A stretch of DNA of 64,000 nucleotides from Armatimonadota bacterium (GTDB taxonomy: Bacteria > Armatimonadota > SYMT01), in contig JAWLHY010000014.1 in assembly GCA_041690135.1 (NCBI GenBank), forward strand, positions 142,150-206,149, written 5' to 3'. This document shows positions 1-11,077 of the stretch, one piece after another. Under the pieces are notes generated by a model. That model was not told the DNA's origin and did not search any database. It was given only the letters and a program-made list of their open reading frames with translations. Position 1 is the first letter of the stretch, and each line of letters starts with the position of its first letter. Both the position numbers and the translations under genes were made by a program.

Positions 1-457
1 CGACTACCGTCACCGGCACCGTAGCGGTCAACTTGCCGAGGCGGGCGCTCACCTTCGTCTCGCCGTCGCCCACGGGGCGCACCTTCCCGCCGGTTACCGC
101 GGCGATCTTTGCGGACTGGCTGCCGAAGGTCACCCGGTCGGTGATATCCGTCTCCTGCCCGTCTTTCGCGATCCCGGTTACCAGGAGCTGCTGGTGTGCG
201 CGGCCATCGGCCAGGATTACCTCGGCCGGGTCGATCCGGAGCCGTGCAAACTCCGCGGCGGGAGTGGAAATACCCTTCTTTAGCGGCGCGGGGGCTGCTT
301 TACGAGAGGGAGTGCGGGAGACGCTCTTCTTGACCGCGGGTTTGCGGACGGGAGCCTTCGCGCTTTTGCGGGCGGGGGCGGCGGCGAGGGGGCTCGCCCC
401 GGCGATGGCGGTGAGCAGTGCGATCGCCGGACAAAGACGGTTTACCGGAAGCTGCAT
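1..457 (-). CDS. Secreted Ig-like (Big_2) domain protein, N-terminal part; probably a DUF1549/DUF1553-type protein; truncated by the window edge
   Basis: Manual translation from ATG 457 (GAAGGG upstream): MQLPVNRLCPAIALLTAIAGASPLAAAPARKSAK...LRIDPAEVILADGRAHQQLLVTGIAKDGQETDITDRVTFGSQSAKIAAVTGGKVRPVGDGETKVSARLGKLTATVPVTVV. Signal peptide, Lys/Ala linker and a typical QLLVTG...DVT...V.P...G.T.V Ig-like motif. Not in the ORF track because the stop lies outside the window. Confidence 0.75.
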   Translation of the reverse strand, partial: MQLPVNRLCPAIALLTAIAGASPLAAAPARKSAKAPVRKPAVKKSVSRTPSRKAAPAPLKKGISTPAAEFARLRIDPAEVILADGRAHQQLLVTGIAKDGQETDITDRVTFGSQSAKIAAVTGGKVRPVGDGETKVSARLGKLTATVPVTVV

Positions 458-577
458 GCGACTGACCCTTCTCGGCCGGGCGGCGGCGGCGCGGCCCATT
501 GCTGCTCGTTGTCCGTTCAGACGCAGTAGGGTCGGCGGGGTCTCAGTTTTTTCTCGGTAGAAGGGTATAGTGAGGAT

Positions 578-748
578 ATGGCGGAGACAAAGAAGAAGAA
601 ACTGGCCGGGCGAAGCCAGCTTGCCCGCGTGGCGCACCTCCGCTCCGGCGCGGGGGCGATGGGCGGCAACCGGAAGCAGCAGATTCGGCGCCGACGGCGC
701 CGCGACCGGGAAGAAGAAGCCCAGGCGCAGCGGGAACGCGATGAATAG
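578..748 (+). CDS. Small basic hypothetical protein (56 aa)
   Basis: Manual translation MAETKKKKLAGRSQLARVAHLRSGAGAMGGNRKQQIRRRRRRDREEEAQAQRERDE*; TATAGT and GAGG directly upstream; below the ORF-track length cutoff. Confidence 0.5.
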   Translation: MAETKKKKLAGRSQLARVAHLRSGAGAMGGNRKQQIRRRRRRDREEEAQAQRERDE

Positions 749-899
749 CTCTGGAACGCCTCCTCGGTCCTCTGCCGGCCGGCGGCGTGGGCCAGTTCGA
801 TTACCTCGACAAGCGGTAGTCGGCCAGGCTGGAACTTTCCGCAGATTGATTGGAAGCAGAGCTTTCCCGCGGATGGGAAGGCTTTGCCTGTTACTGGGT

Positions 900-3038
900 C
901 TATTCCTTTCGGGCGGCGCGCCGGTCCAGTTCCGTCAGCTTCAACCGCACGCTCGCGATGTAAGGGGCTTCCCCCGGGGTCCAGTGCCCGTAAGTCGTCG
1001 TCACGAACGTTCCGTCCGGCAGCACCTCCACGCCGGGATAGGCGCAGTCCGCCCCCTTGTGATTGTCCATCAGCCGCACGCGGTACTGGCCTTCCCGTCC
1101 CTGGACGATATCCTCGTACCGGCCGACCCACGCCACCCAGTCGCCCTTTGTGGGGCTCTCGTGCGTGGTGTCGCGGAAGGAGATGAACAGGCGGCCGTCC
1201 GGGGCGTACTTCGCGGTGTGGCGGTCGCCGGTTAGGGCCGCGGGCAGTTCGCGCGGGGCGGACCACGTCTTTGCCTCGTCGTTGGAGAAGATCACGTAGG
1301 AGTTGCGCCGCCGGCTGTTCTCCCGGAGCAGCACCGCGAGCTGCTTGCCATCCGGAGACCGTATGATGCCCGGCTCGCAGAGGTGGATGTCGCTGGAGCG
1401 GTAGATCACCTGCGGCTCGCCCCAGGTCACCCCGCCGTCACGGCTGAACGTCTGATAGAGCGTGAAGAGGTTCGTGCGCGGCCCACCTTTCCGGAAGAAG
1501 CGCCCGTCGTCGTGGAACATCGCCACGTAGTCGCCGCTCCGGAGCCGTTCCAGGCAGCCCATCGCCACGATCCCACCGTACTCCCCGATCGGCTTCAACT
1601 CGGACCAGGTTCCCCCGTCGTCCTCGCTCACCGCCATCCGGATCGGATAGAGGCCGGAGAACATGATCAGCCGCCGCTTGCCCTGCGGGTCGATCGTGCG
1701 GTAGAGCGTCGGCACTTCCTGGGAAATGGCCCAACTCGCCGGGGTGGGGAGGCGATCGGACCAGGTTTCCCCCCCATCGGTGCTCCGCTTGTAGACGATC
1801 CCCCCGCGCCCGTGTCCCTTGGGGTACACGGCCAGCATGGTCTTGCCGTCTTCCAGCAGCACGGTCGTGGGATGCCCCAGATACTGCCCCGGCTCCCGGT
1901 CCACCACCACCTGCCGGTCTTTCTCCTCCGCCAGGTCGATGGTCGGAATCGTATAGCCTTTCGCCAGCGGCGTATCCATCGTTAGCTCATGGACCCCGGC
2001 CGCCCGGTGCCCCGGCCGGTCCTCGCCACCCGGAACCACAATCTTTCCCTGCCACCGGCACGCGGTGGTGGTCACCAGCCCCGCCGGGTAGGCTCCCGCC
2101 GGGCTCCAACGGCCGGAGCGGGGATCGAAGGCCAGCACCTCGCGGCTGAAGCCGGGGTGTTTCTCCTTCAGCTCGAAGACCCGGGCGGCGTTCTCCCCAT
2201 CGTCGCCGCCGAAGACCAGCAGCCGGTCCCCCTCCGCCAGGCACGGCGCAGCGACCACCGGCCGCGGGAGATCGGCGATCCGCTCCCAGCCGCTCCCCGG
2301 GCGATAGCGGTAGGCATCCCGCAGGTAGCGACGGGCGGGCTTGCCGTCCGGTCCCGCATACAGCTCCGCGCCGCTCGCCAGGTAAAGCTCACCGTCCACC
2401 GCGCCCATCGCCGGCAGGATCCGTCCCGGTCCCGGCCACGGCTCCCGCTCCTTCCACTTCGCGCCCGGTTTCGAGAGGTCCAGCGACCAGAAGCCGCGCA
2501 GGGCCGTGGTGCTGGTCGGCGTCTCCTGGCCCCCGGCCACGTACAACGTGTCGCCGATCCGCGCCCCCGCCAGGTAGGCGCTCGGCCGGGGCAGGTTCGG
2601 CAGCCGGTCCACCCGCAGCTTCTCCCCGGACCACCGGATCCGGTACCCGGTGGCGTAGTGCCGCTCCGCGTCGCAGCCTCCCACGGTGATCAGCGCCTTC
2701 CCATGGGGCGCGGAAACCCCGTAGGCGGAGGGTCCGGGCTGCGGCAGTTGCCCAACCGTCGTCCACTCCCGCTCTCCCGGCCGGAGCGCCTGGACCGTGG
2801 GGACCCATTCCTTCTTGCCGCCCTCGAACAGGGGGACCGGAAAGTGGGTGCCGCCCACCACCAGCAGGCGGTCCCCCGCCGCACCCGCGAACTGCCCGGA
2901 GATCCCCACCGGCAGGTCCGGCAGCCGGGACCAGGTCAGGGAGGTCTTCGCGCCGGGAGCGCCGGTTGCCGCCCCGCAGAGGGCCGCTGCCACCGGCAGC
3001 AGGAGGAGAGAACGTCTGGAGAGGGGAGACTGCTTCAT
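900..3038 (-). CDS. Tat-exported Kelch-repeat (NanM/mutarotase-like) plus BNR/Asp-box sialidase-like fusion protein
   Basis: SRRSLL twin-Arg signal; Kelch repeats (LLVVGG, LYVAGG, LLVFGG...W) in the N-half; Asp-boxes STDGGETW, SEDDGGTW, SRDGGVTW, SNDEAKTW and DCAYPG in the C-half. Confidence 0.8.
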   Translation of the reverse strand: MKQSPLSRRSLLLLPVAAALCGAATGAPGAKTSLTWSRLPDLPVGISGQFAGAAGDRLLVVGGTHFPVPLFEGGKKEWVPTVQALRPGEREWTTVGQLPQPGPSAYGVSAPHGKALITVGGCDAERHYATGYRIRWSGEKLRVDRLPNLPRPSAYLAGARIGDTLYVAGGQETPTSTTALRGFWSLDLSKPGAKWKEREPWPGPGRILPAMGAVDGELYLASGAELYAGPDGKPARRYLRDAYRYRPGSGWERIADLPRPVVAAPCLAEGDRLLVFGGDDGENAARVFELKEKHPGFSREVLAFDPRSGRWSPAGAYPAGLVTTTACRWQGKIVVPGGEDRPGHRAAGVHELTMDTPLAKGYTIPTIDLAEEKDRQVVVDREPGQYLGHPTTVLLEDGKTMLAVYPKGHGRGGIVYKRSTDGGETWSDRLPTPASWAISQEVPTLYRTIDPQGKRRLIMFSGLYPIRMAVSEDDGGTWSELKPIGEYGGIVAMGCLERLRSGDYVAMFHDDGRFFRKGGPRTNLFTLYQTFSRDGGVTWGEPQVIYRSSDIHLCEPGIIRSPDGKQLAVLLRENSRRRNSYVIFSNDEAKTWSAPRELPAALTGDRHTAKYAPDGRLFISFRDTTHESPTKGDWVAWVGRYEDIVQGREGQYRVRLMDNHKGADCAYPGVEVLPDGTFVTTTYGHWTPGEAPYIASVRLKLTELDRRAARKE

Positions 3039-3121
3039 GCAGTCAACTTGTGGGCGTGCGCTGCGAGAACCTTCTTTCGTCCCCGCACCTCACCACCGGA
3101 GCATCACTCGAGGACTCGCAA

Positions 3122-3436
3122 GTGAGTGGCACACTGTTTACAGAGACCGATGCGGGGATGATCTACACCGCTCCCAGGTGTGTGGTGTCACTTGGTGGTC
3201 TGTTCGTCAACTATACGCTGATCAATCGCTGCGCAGTGCCCACCTATGAAGAGACCCGGCTGTTCCTGGAGAAGGCCTTAGCCACAGGTGCTTTTACCTG
3301 GCTTGGGGACGTGAACTTCAGAATCGATGAGACATGGTTCGAGCGAGCCCATCAGTGGGACGTTGCCTGCGATGATGAATTTGAAGCCATAGAAGGGTTC
3401 CCGGTTCCGCTGCCGTTGGCGCCGGGTACCCGATAG
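3122..3436 (+). CDS. Hypothetical protein (~104 aa)
   Basis: GAGG then in-frame GTG at 3122 (alternative ATG 3158); AT-richer than its neighbours, protein-like composition; no recognisable family. Confidence 0.35.
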   Translation: MSGTLFTETDAGMIYTAPRCVVSLGGLFVNYTLINRCAVPTYEETRLFLEKALATGAFTWLGDVNFRIDETWFERAHQWDVACDDEFEAIEGFPVPLPLAPGTR

Positions 3437-3713
3437 CGGGTGTCGCGTTTGCCGAGGGCCATCAAACCCAGAGCAGGGCAGGCACGGTCCCACGCCCCTA
3501 CATTTCGGAAATCCTCATCCTCATTCGCGAAACTTACCGTGCCCATCCGTCCTATCCGTGTCATCCGTGTCGGAAGCCTTTCCGGCGTCTGTGACCCTTC
3601 TCGTCCCCTCTGGTGTCCCTCTGTGTCGAAAGTTCACCCCGAGACCGCGAAACGAACTTCACGCTCCGGACTCCTACTGGATAAGGGTGAAGGATCCGGA
3701 CCTGGGGTGAAGG

Positions 3714-5144
3714 ATGCACGGGGAGGCTTCACAACCGAATGGCTGCGCGGATTTCCGGGCCCGGCTGGGGCGGCGGGAGGTGCTGCGTGCGGGCAGCCTG
3801 GCGCTGTTCGGGATGTCGCTGCCGGAGTTGCTGCGGGCGCAGGCGTTGGCGGCCCCTGTTTCCGGCGGTTCGTTCGGGCGGGCGAAACGGTGCATCATCC
3901 TCTTCATGTGGGGCGGCCCCGGGCAGATGGACACCTGGGACATGAAGCCGGATTCTCCCGCCGAATACCGGGGGGAGTTCAAGCCGATCTCCACCAACGT
4001 CGATGGCATCCAGGTCTGCGAGCTCTTTCCTCGGCTGGCGAAACAGTGCGATAAGCTCGCGATCGTCCGGTCCCTGCACCACCCGGACGTCAACCACACC
4101 ACGGCCACCCACTTCCTGCTCACGGGCCGGGACATGCCGAACCGGCAGGGGCCGGAGTCGGACGACTGGCCCAACATGGGGTCCGTCCTGGCCCGCCTGG
4201 GGCGCGGTAACCCGGCCCTTCCACCCTACGTGACGATGCGACCGAAGACGCCGCTGGACGTGCCGCGCTTCGTGGAGCAAAGCCGGGGGCAGTGGTCCGG
4301 CTGGCTGGGGCCCGCCTTCCAGCCGTTCGTGATCGACGCGAACCCCAACGGCGCGGAATACCGGCGAGGCGAGTTCAGTCTCTCCGCCGAGGTCGGCGCG
4401 GAGCGGTTCCAGCGGCGGATGGGTCTGCGCCGGCAGATCGATTCCGGAGTGCATCAACTGGAGCGGCACCCGGCGGTGCAGGCGCACGACACCAGTTACA
4501 CTCGCGCCTACAACCTGCTTACCTCCGCCGGCGCCGGTAGGGCCTTCGATCTCTCGGAGGAAACGGACGCGATGCGGGACCGCTACGGCCGGAACATGCA
4601 CGGGCAGGCGGTGCTGCAGGCCCGGCGCCTGATCGAGGCCGGCGTGCCCCTCGTCACCGTCTTCTGGCAGAACGACGGCATCAAGAATGTGTCCGTGTAC
4701 TGGGACACCCATAGCCGGACCTTTGTCGACATGCGGGAGCGCCTCGCCCCACCCGCCGACCAGGCCTTTTCCGCCTTGTTGGAGGACCTGGAAGACCGCG
4801 GCCTGCTGGACGAGACGCTGATTCTCTGGACCGGAGAGTTTGGACGCACGCCGAAGGTGGGGCAGGGGGTGCCGGGCGGCGCGGGCGCGGGGAAGGACGG
4901 TCGGGACCACTGGCCGCACGTCTTCACCAGTGTGCTGGCGGGCGGGGGGATCCGGGGCGGGCAGGTCTACGGGAAGAGCGATGCGCTGGCCGCCTACCCC
5001 GAGGAAGACGCCGTCACCCCGGCGGATCTCGCCGCCACCATGTACCACTGCCTGGGAGTGGCGCCCCACACGGAATTGCACGACGCTCAAAACCGTCCGC
5101 TGGCGATCTGCGATGGCAGCGTGATTCGCCCGCTCGTGGGCTAA
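3714..5144 (+). CDS. DUF1501 domain-containing protein
   Basis: GRREVL Tat-like signal; motifs FMWGGPGQMDTWDMKP, WDTH, GEFGRTP, GRDHWP, LAGGGIRGGQVYGKSD. Confidence 0.92.
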   Translation: MHGEASQPNGCADFRARLGRREVLRAGSLALFGMSLPELLRAQALAAPVSGGSFGRAKRCIILFMWGGPGQMDTWDMKPDSPAEYRGEFKPISTNVDGIQVCELFPRLAKQCDKLAIVRSLHHPDVNHTTATHFLLTGRDMPNRQGPESDDWPNMGSVLARLGRGNPALPPYVTMRPKTPLDVPRFVEQSRGQWSGWLGPAFQPFVIDANPNGAEYRRGEFSLSAEVGAERFQRRMGLRRQIDSGVHQLERHPAVQAHDTSYTRAYNLLTSAGAGRAFDLSEETDAMRDRYGRNMHGQAVLQARRLIEAGVPLVTVFWQNDGIKNVSVYWDTHSRTFVDMRERLAPPADQAFSALLEDLEDRGLLDETLILWTGEFGRTPKVGQGVPGGAGAGKDGRDHWPHVFTSVLAGGGIRGGQVYGKSDALAAYPEEDAVTPADLAATMYHCLGVAPHTELHDAQNRPLAICDGSVIRPLVG

Positions 5145-5214
5145 GGCTGCATCCGGAAGGTAGAGCTCCGATTTCCGTATGGGCCGTCATGGGTGTGGTC
5201 CGGGCTTGAACTCC

Positions 5215-5430
5215 GCCCCGGGAGACCCTCCTGATAGGGAATGTGACGTACCCCCGGCGGAGCATAAGGCCGCTCCCTACCGCCGTCGGGGAAGCTGATC
5301 CTTTTGCGCCATACCGGACCAGTCCAGGGCCAGGACGGCTACGAATTGGCGGGAACGGGATCAACCGCAATCCGGCGGAACGCTACGGCGAGACGTTCCC
5401 TAGCGGCGCCGCTTTCGAGAACTTGCCGGA
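5215..5430 (-). repeat. Dispersed ~200-bp REP-doublet/MITE-like element, family A, copy 1
   Basis: Its reverse complement aligns with 10447-10648 and 52402-52622 (TAGGGAACGTCTCGCCGTAGCGTTCC ... CATTCCCTA ends). Confidence 0.8.
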
Positions 5431-5490
5431 GGGGCGCCTACTTGTGTGTCTTCACTCGCCCAACCGGAGCTTTGGTTCTGCGACAGTCCC

Positions 5491-6501
5491 TTATTGTCGC
5501 AGCTTGCGCATCAGGCGCACCAGGCGGGGATCGTCGGGGCTGGCCTCGCGCACGACGCGAAGATGCTCTCGCGCTTCCTCGTACTTGCCGGTCAGGATGA
5601 GGTGTTCCGCCAGCTGCAAGCGCGCATCGGTGTGCCGGGGGGAGACCTGGATGGCGGTTCGCCACGCCTGCTCGGCATCCTGAAGACGCTTCGTGTCCCG
5701 CAAGCGCCGGCCGCGGTCCGTGTAGTAGCCCGCCACGGCCTCCGGGGAGGGGGAGAGAACGACCGCACTCTGACTGCCGATGGAGACGGCTCGTTCGACG
5801 GGAGACCACAGGCCGTCCCGGTCGCGCGTGCGGAGCTGGTAGTCGCCCGGCTTCAGGGTCACCGCCGAGCTAGCGGATGGGTCGGATCTGGCCACCACGC
5901 TCCCGTCCGGCGCGATCAGCTCCAGTTGTAACTCCGGGTGGGGGTTGTCCCACTGAATCTGGATAACCACCGGAGCGCCCGAGAAGGAGCCGCCGTTCCG
6001 TTCCGGCACTGCCGACCGTTTTACCGGCGGCTCCTTGGCTGTTAGGGATCCGAGCCAGGCGCCCACAATGGCCGAACTGGCCAGGAGAGCGACGACCAGA
6101 ACCACCGAGCCGACCAGGCGCAGGGCCGCGGGAACTCCGCGCCGGACCGCCGCCGTGGAGGCGGCCGGAGTGGAGAGGGTCACCACTCCCTGCGGGGAGA
6201 TACGCGGTCGCGGCACGGCCGCGGCGCCACCCAGGCGCGTGGGAGCCCATTGAGTCTCCGCGCGCGACGCTTTCGTCCCGGCGGCCAGAATCTCCGCCAG
6301 GCTGCGCCCGCAGGACCCGCATTCTACGTCCCCATCCGGAATCGCCGTCCAGCAGAAGCTGCAGTAGTGCTTCGCCGCGCGCGAGCGGTGGGGGCTCCTG
6401 TCGGCCACGGGTGAGTCAGACCACCCGAGCTCCAGCAGCAGCTTTTCCGGGTCCAGCGATTCTTGAGTCCGGGATGTAGTTCCCTGTGGCTCACTGTTCA
6501 T
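5491..6501 (-). CDS. Membrane protein with N-terminal zinc ribbon and C-terminal TPR
   Basis: CSFC-x10-CGSC; one TM helix (LVGSVVLVVALLASSAIVGAWL); TPR-like C-terminus (AEQAWRTAIQVSPRHTDARLQLAEHL). Confidence 0.75.
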   Translation of the reverse strand: MNSEPQGTTSRTQESLDPEKLLLELGWSDSPVADRSPHRSRAAKHYCSFCWTAIPDGDVECGSCGRSLAEILAAGTKASRAETQWAPTRLGGAAAVPRPRISPQGVVTLSTPAASTAAVRRGVPAALRLVGSVVLVVALLASSAIVGAWLGSLTAKEPPVKRSAVPERNGGSFSGAPVVIQIQWDNPHPELQLELIAPDGSVVARSDPSASSAVTLKPGDYQLRTRDRDGLWSPVERAVSIGSQSAVVLSPSPEAVAGYYTDRGRRLRDTKRLQDAEQAWRTAIQVSPRHTDARLQLAEHLILTGKYEEAREHLRVVREASPDDPRLVRLMRKLRQ

Positions 6502-6930
6502 CGGCGGAATTATCGGCAGTGTAACGAGCGACTATAGTCCAGTCGAGCGCCGGGTCCTGCATCGGAAGGATGGATATCGGATCATCCTATCGCACGAGAG
6601 CGGGATCGCGGACCCTTCACAGGTAGTGATTGGCAGGAAATCGTACAACCTATAGCTTAATCTTCGCCCAACCCGAAGATCCGGTGGTTGCCTGGCCCCT
6701 CCCTCGCTACTTATCACTCCAAGCTATCAATCCTAGAAAAACACATAAGAACTGTTTACGAATACCGGGTGATAAGAATAGGGGTGCCGGAGCCGCGCAG
6801 CGGCAAGCGAGTTCTCTACCCGGTTCGAGCGCACCCTGTTCGCAGCGGAACCGTTCGGGATCGGTCTATCGGGATCATCGGAACACCGGCAGAAGGAGCT
6901 GGCTCCGAACGTGGGCCAGTCGATCGGACG

Positions 6931-7623
6931 ATGCAACGGAAACCGCTTTCCTCTTCCACTGGAACCAAGATACTGATCGCCGTCAGCGGCCTGGCGCTGT
7001 ACGCGTTCCTGATCTTTCACCTGGCCGGAAACCTCACGGTGTTCGGCGGGGCGGAGATCTTCAACGCCTACTCGCACAAGCTGCTGGGTCTCGGCTTTCT
7101 GGTCTATGTGATCGAGTTTGGCCTGGCGGCCATCTTTCTCCTCCACATTTACAAGGCCGTTACCAACTTCGCCAACAACCGCAAGGCGCGTCCCGACCGC
7201 TACGCGGCCAAACCGGCTCCGCTAACCTCGCGGCGACCGGGCGCGGGCAGCAAGAAGTCGGTCGCCTCTTCGACGATGATCTATACCGGGACGATCGTCA
7301 TCCTGTTCGTGATCATCCACCTCAAGGGGCTCAAGTTCGGGCCTTACTACGAGGCGGCGGAGCCCGGCGTGCGAGACCTCTACCGGTTGGAAATGGAGCA
7401 CTTCGGCAACCCCCTCACGGTGGCCTTCTACGTGCTCAGCATGGCGGTCATCGGCTTCCACATCTGGCACGGCTTCTGGAGCGCCTTCCAGTCGCTGGGC
7501 CTCGGGAACAGCCGGTTCACGCCGAAGCTGGTTACCGCGGCGAAGGCCCTGTCCCTGCTGATTGCCGGCGGGTTCGCGATCATTCCCATTTTCATCTATC
7601 TACAGGTTCTTGCTGGGGGTTAA
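6931..7623 (+). CDS. sdhC: Succinate dehydrogenase/fumarate reductase cytochrome b subunit
   Basis: Five TM helices with haem-ligand His residues (FHLAGNL, LLHIY, IIHL, FHIWHGFWSAFQSLG); directly upstream of sdhA; ATG at 6931. Confidence 0.92.
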   Translation: MQRKPLSSSTGTKILIAVSGLALYAFLIFHLAGNLTVFGGAEIFNAYSHKLLGLGFLVYVIEFGLAAIFLLHIYKAVTNFANNRKARPDRYAAKPAPLTSRRPGAGSKKSVASSTMIYTGTIVILFVIIHLKGLKFGPYYEAAEPGVRDLYRLEMEHFGNPLTVAFYVLSMAVIGFHIWHGFWSAFQSLGLGNSRFTPKLVTAAKALSLLIAGGFAIIPIFIYLQVLAGG

Positions 7624-7626
7624 GTT

Positions 7627-9540
<1,914 letters not shown>

Positions 9541-9548
9541 GTCAACCG

Positions 9549-10289
9549 ATGAGATTGCATTTGAAAGTCTGGCGCCAACCCGCCCCGGACCGGCCGGGCA
9601 AGATGGTCGACTATACCCTGGACGACGTGTCCCCGGACATGTCGTTCCTGGAGATGCTCGACGTGTTGAACGAAGGGTTGATCCGCAAGGGGGAGGAGCC
9701 GGTCGCCTTCGACTCCGATTGCCGGGAAGGCATCTGCGGGATGTGCAGCCTGGTGGTGAACGGCACGCCGCATGGGCCGGAGAAGGGCACCACGGTCTGC
9801 CAGCTCCACATGCGCCGCTTCCGGGATGGGGATACCATCACCGTGGAGCCGTGGCGGGCCCGCGCCTTCCCGATCATCCGGGACCTGGTCGTCGATCGCA
9901 GCGCTTTCGACCGCATCATCGCGGCTGGCGGCTACATCTCCGCCAACGTGGGAGGAGCGCCGGACGGCAACGATATTCCCATCCCCCGCGACACGGTGGA
10001 GCGCGCGATGGACTCCGCCGCCTGCATCGCCTGCGGCGCCTGCGTGGCGGCCTGCAAGAACGCCTCCGCGGCGCTCTTCACTTCGGCCAAGGTCACCCAC
10101 CTGGCCAGCCTGCCGCAGGGCGAGGTGGAACGCGCCCGCCGCGTGATCCGGATGGTGGAACAGCACGACGCCGAAGGGTTCGGAAGCTGCTCCAACGAAG
10201 GCGAGTGCGAGGCCGTGTGCCCAAAGGAGATCCCCATCTCCAACATCGCCAAGATGAACCGGGAGTACTGGAAAGCCGTGCTGAAGTAG
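9549..10289 (+). CDS. sdhB: Succinate dehydrogenase/fumarate reductase iron-sulfur subunit
   Basis: [20 protein letters not shown] and [12 protein letters not shown] clusters; ATG 9549 lies 8 nt after the sdhA stop. Confidence 0.96.
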   Translation: MRLHLKVWRQPAPDRPGKMVDYTLDDVSPDMSFLEMLDVLNEGLIRKGEEPVAFDSDCREGICGMCSLVVNGTPHGPEKGTTVCQLHMRRFRDGDTITVEPWRARAFPIIRDLVVDRSAFDRIIAAGGYISANVGGAPDGNDIPIPRDTVERAMDSAACIACGACVAACKNASAALFTSAKVTHLASLPQGEVERARRVIRMVEQHDAEGFGSCSNEGECEAVCPKEIPISNIAKMNREYWKAVLK

Positions 10290-10321
10290 CCCTTCGGCGA
10301 CGAATTCGAAGACTCTCCCAG

Positions 10322-10366
10322 CGTAACGGGCGGTGCCGAAGGATTACTCCGGCGTCGCCCGTTACG
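10322..10366 (+). terminator. Hairpin after sdhB, probable terminator
   Basis: CGTAACGGGCG...CGCCCGTTACG inverted repeat 32 nt after the stop; weak U-tract. Confidence 0.55.
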
Positions 10367-10446
10367 TGTCTATGGGGTGCATCTGGCAAGTAGTATTCAG
10401 ATTCTCACTTCAATGGAACGCGTCCAGCGACGTGGGACGGGACCCG

Positions 10447-10648
10447 TCCGGCAAGCCTGAGAAAGCGGTACCCGTAGGGAACGTCTCGCCGTAGCGTTCC
10501 GTCGGCCTGGGGCTGATCCCTTCCTGCCAACTCGTGGCGGTTCGGATCTAGGACCGGTTCGGGTTGGCGCAACGGGATCAGCTTCGTTGACTGCGGAATG
10601 GAACGGCGTCGCATTCCCTACGGTCCGGCCCTCCCAGGGCGGGTCTGG
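10447..10648 (+). repeat. Family A REP-doublet/MITE-like element, copy 2
   Basis: GTAGGGAACGTCTCGCCGTAGCGTTCC ... GGAACGGCGTCGCATTCCCTAC inverted ends; homologous to 5215-5430 and 52402-52622. Confidence 0.8.
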
Positions 10649-10753
10649 ATTCAGCCGAAGTTTTCGGCATTTCTCGCGGAAGTGAAGCGCGAGATTGCCG
10701 GATAACCTGGCGACCTTCGGAATTTGACGCAACCAGAGCGAAGGAGAAAACGG

Positions 10754-11010
10754 CGTCATTGCGAAGGAGCCTTAGCGACTGCGGCAATCCCCCTGCCCAC
10801 CGAGCCGCCATCTTCGTCACCGCTCGCCCGCTTTGCGGTAGTTGGCTGCGGAACTCCGGGGCCGGAGGGCGAACTACGAGGATCGAAACCTGCTGTGTTT
10901 ACCAGGGGGATTGCCACGCCCCGCAGAGGACGGAGTTCGCACCCGAGTGGGCGCAATCCAGAGCATCGTACGCGTAGCCAGCAACGCACCGGTCGGGGCT
11001 CGCAACGACG
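10754..11010. repeat. REP-like inverted doublet (GTCATTGCGA...GCAATCCCC / GGGGATTGCCACG...CTCGCAACGAC)
   Basis: Inverted arms at 10754-10793 and 10905-11010, between the convergent sdhB and pafA genes. Confidence 0.6.
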
Positions 11011-11077
11011 CAATTTGGCCTTCCGGAGTTACTTCAAGGGGTGCGGTTTGCTTGCAGTTTGATCGTCAAGCAACCAA

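Noticed and set aside
6688-6930. N-terminal extension of sdhC, and of sdhB from 9363 and pafA from 12619
   Set aside because: Conserved sequence begins at the downstream ATGs; the extensions overlap promoter regions or neighbouring genes.
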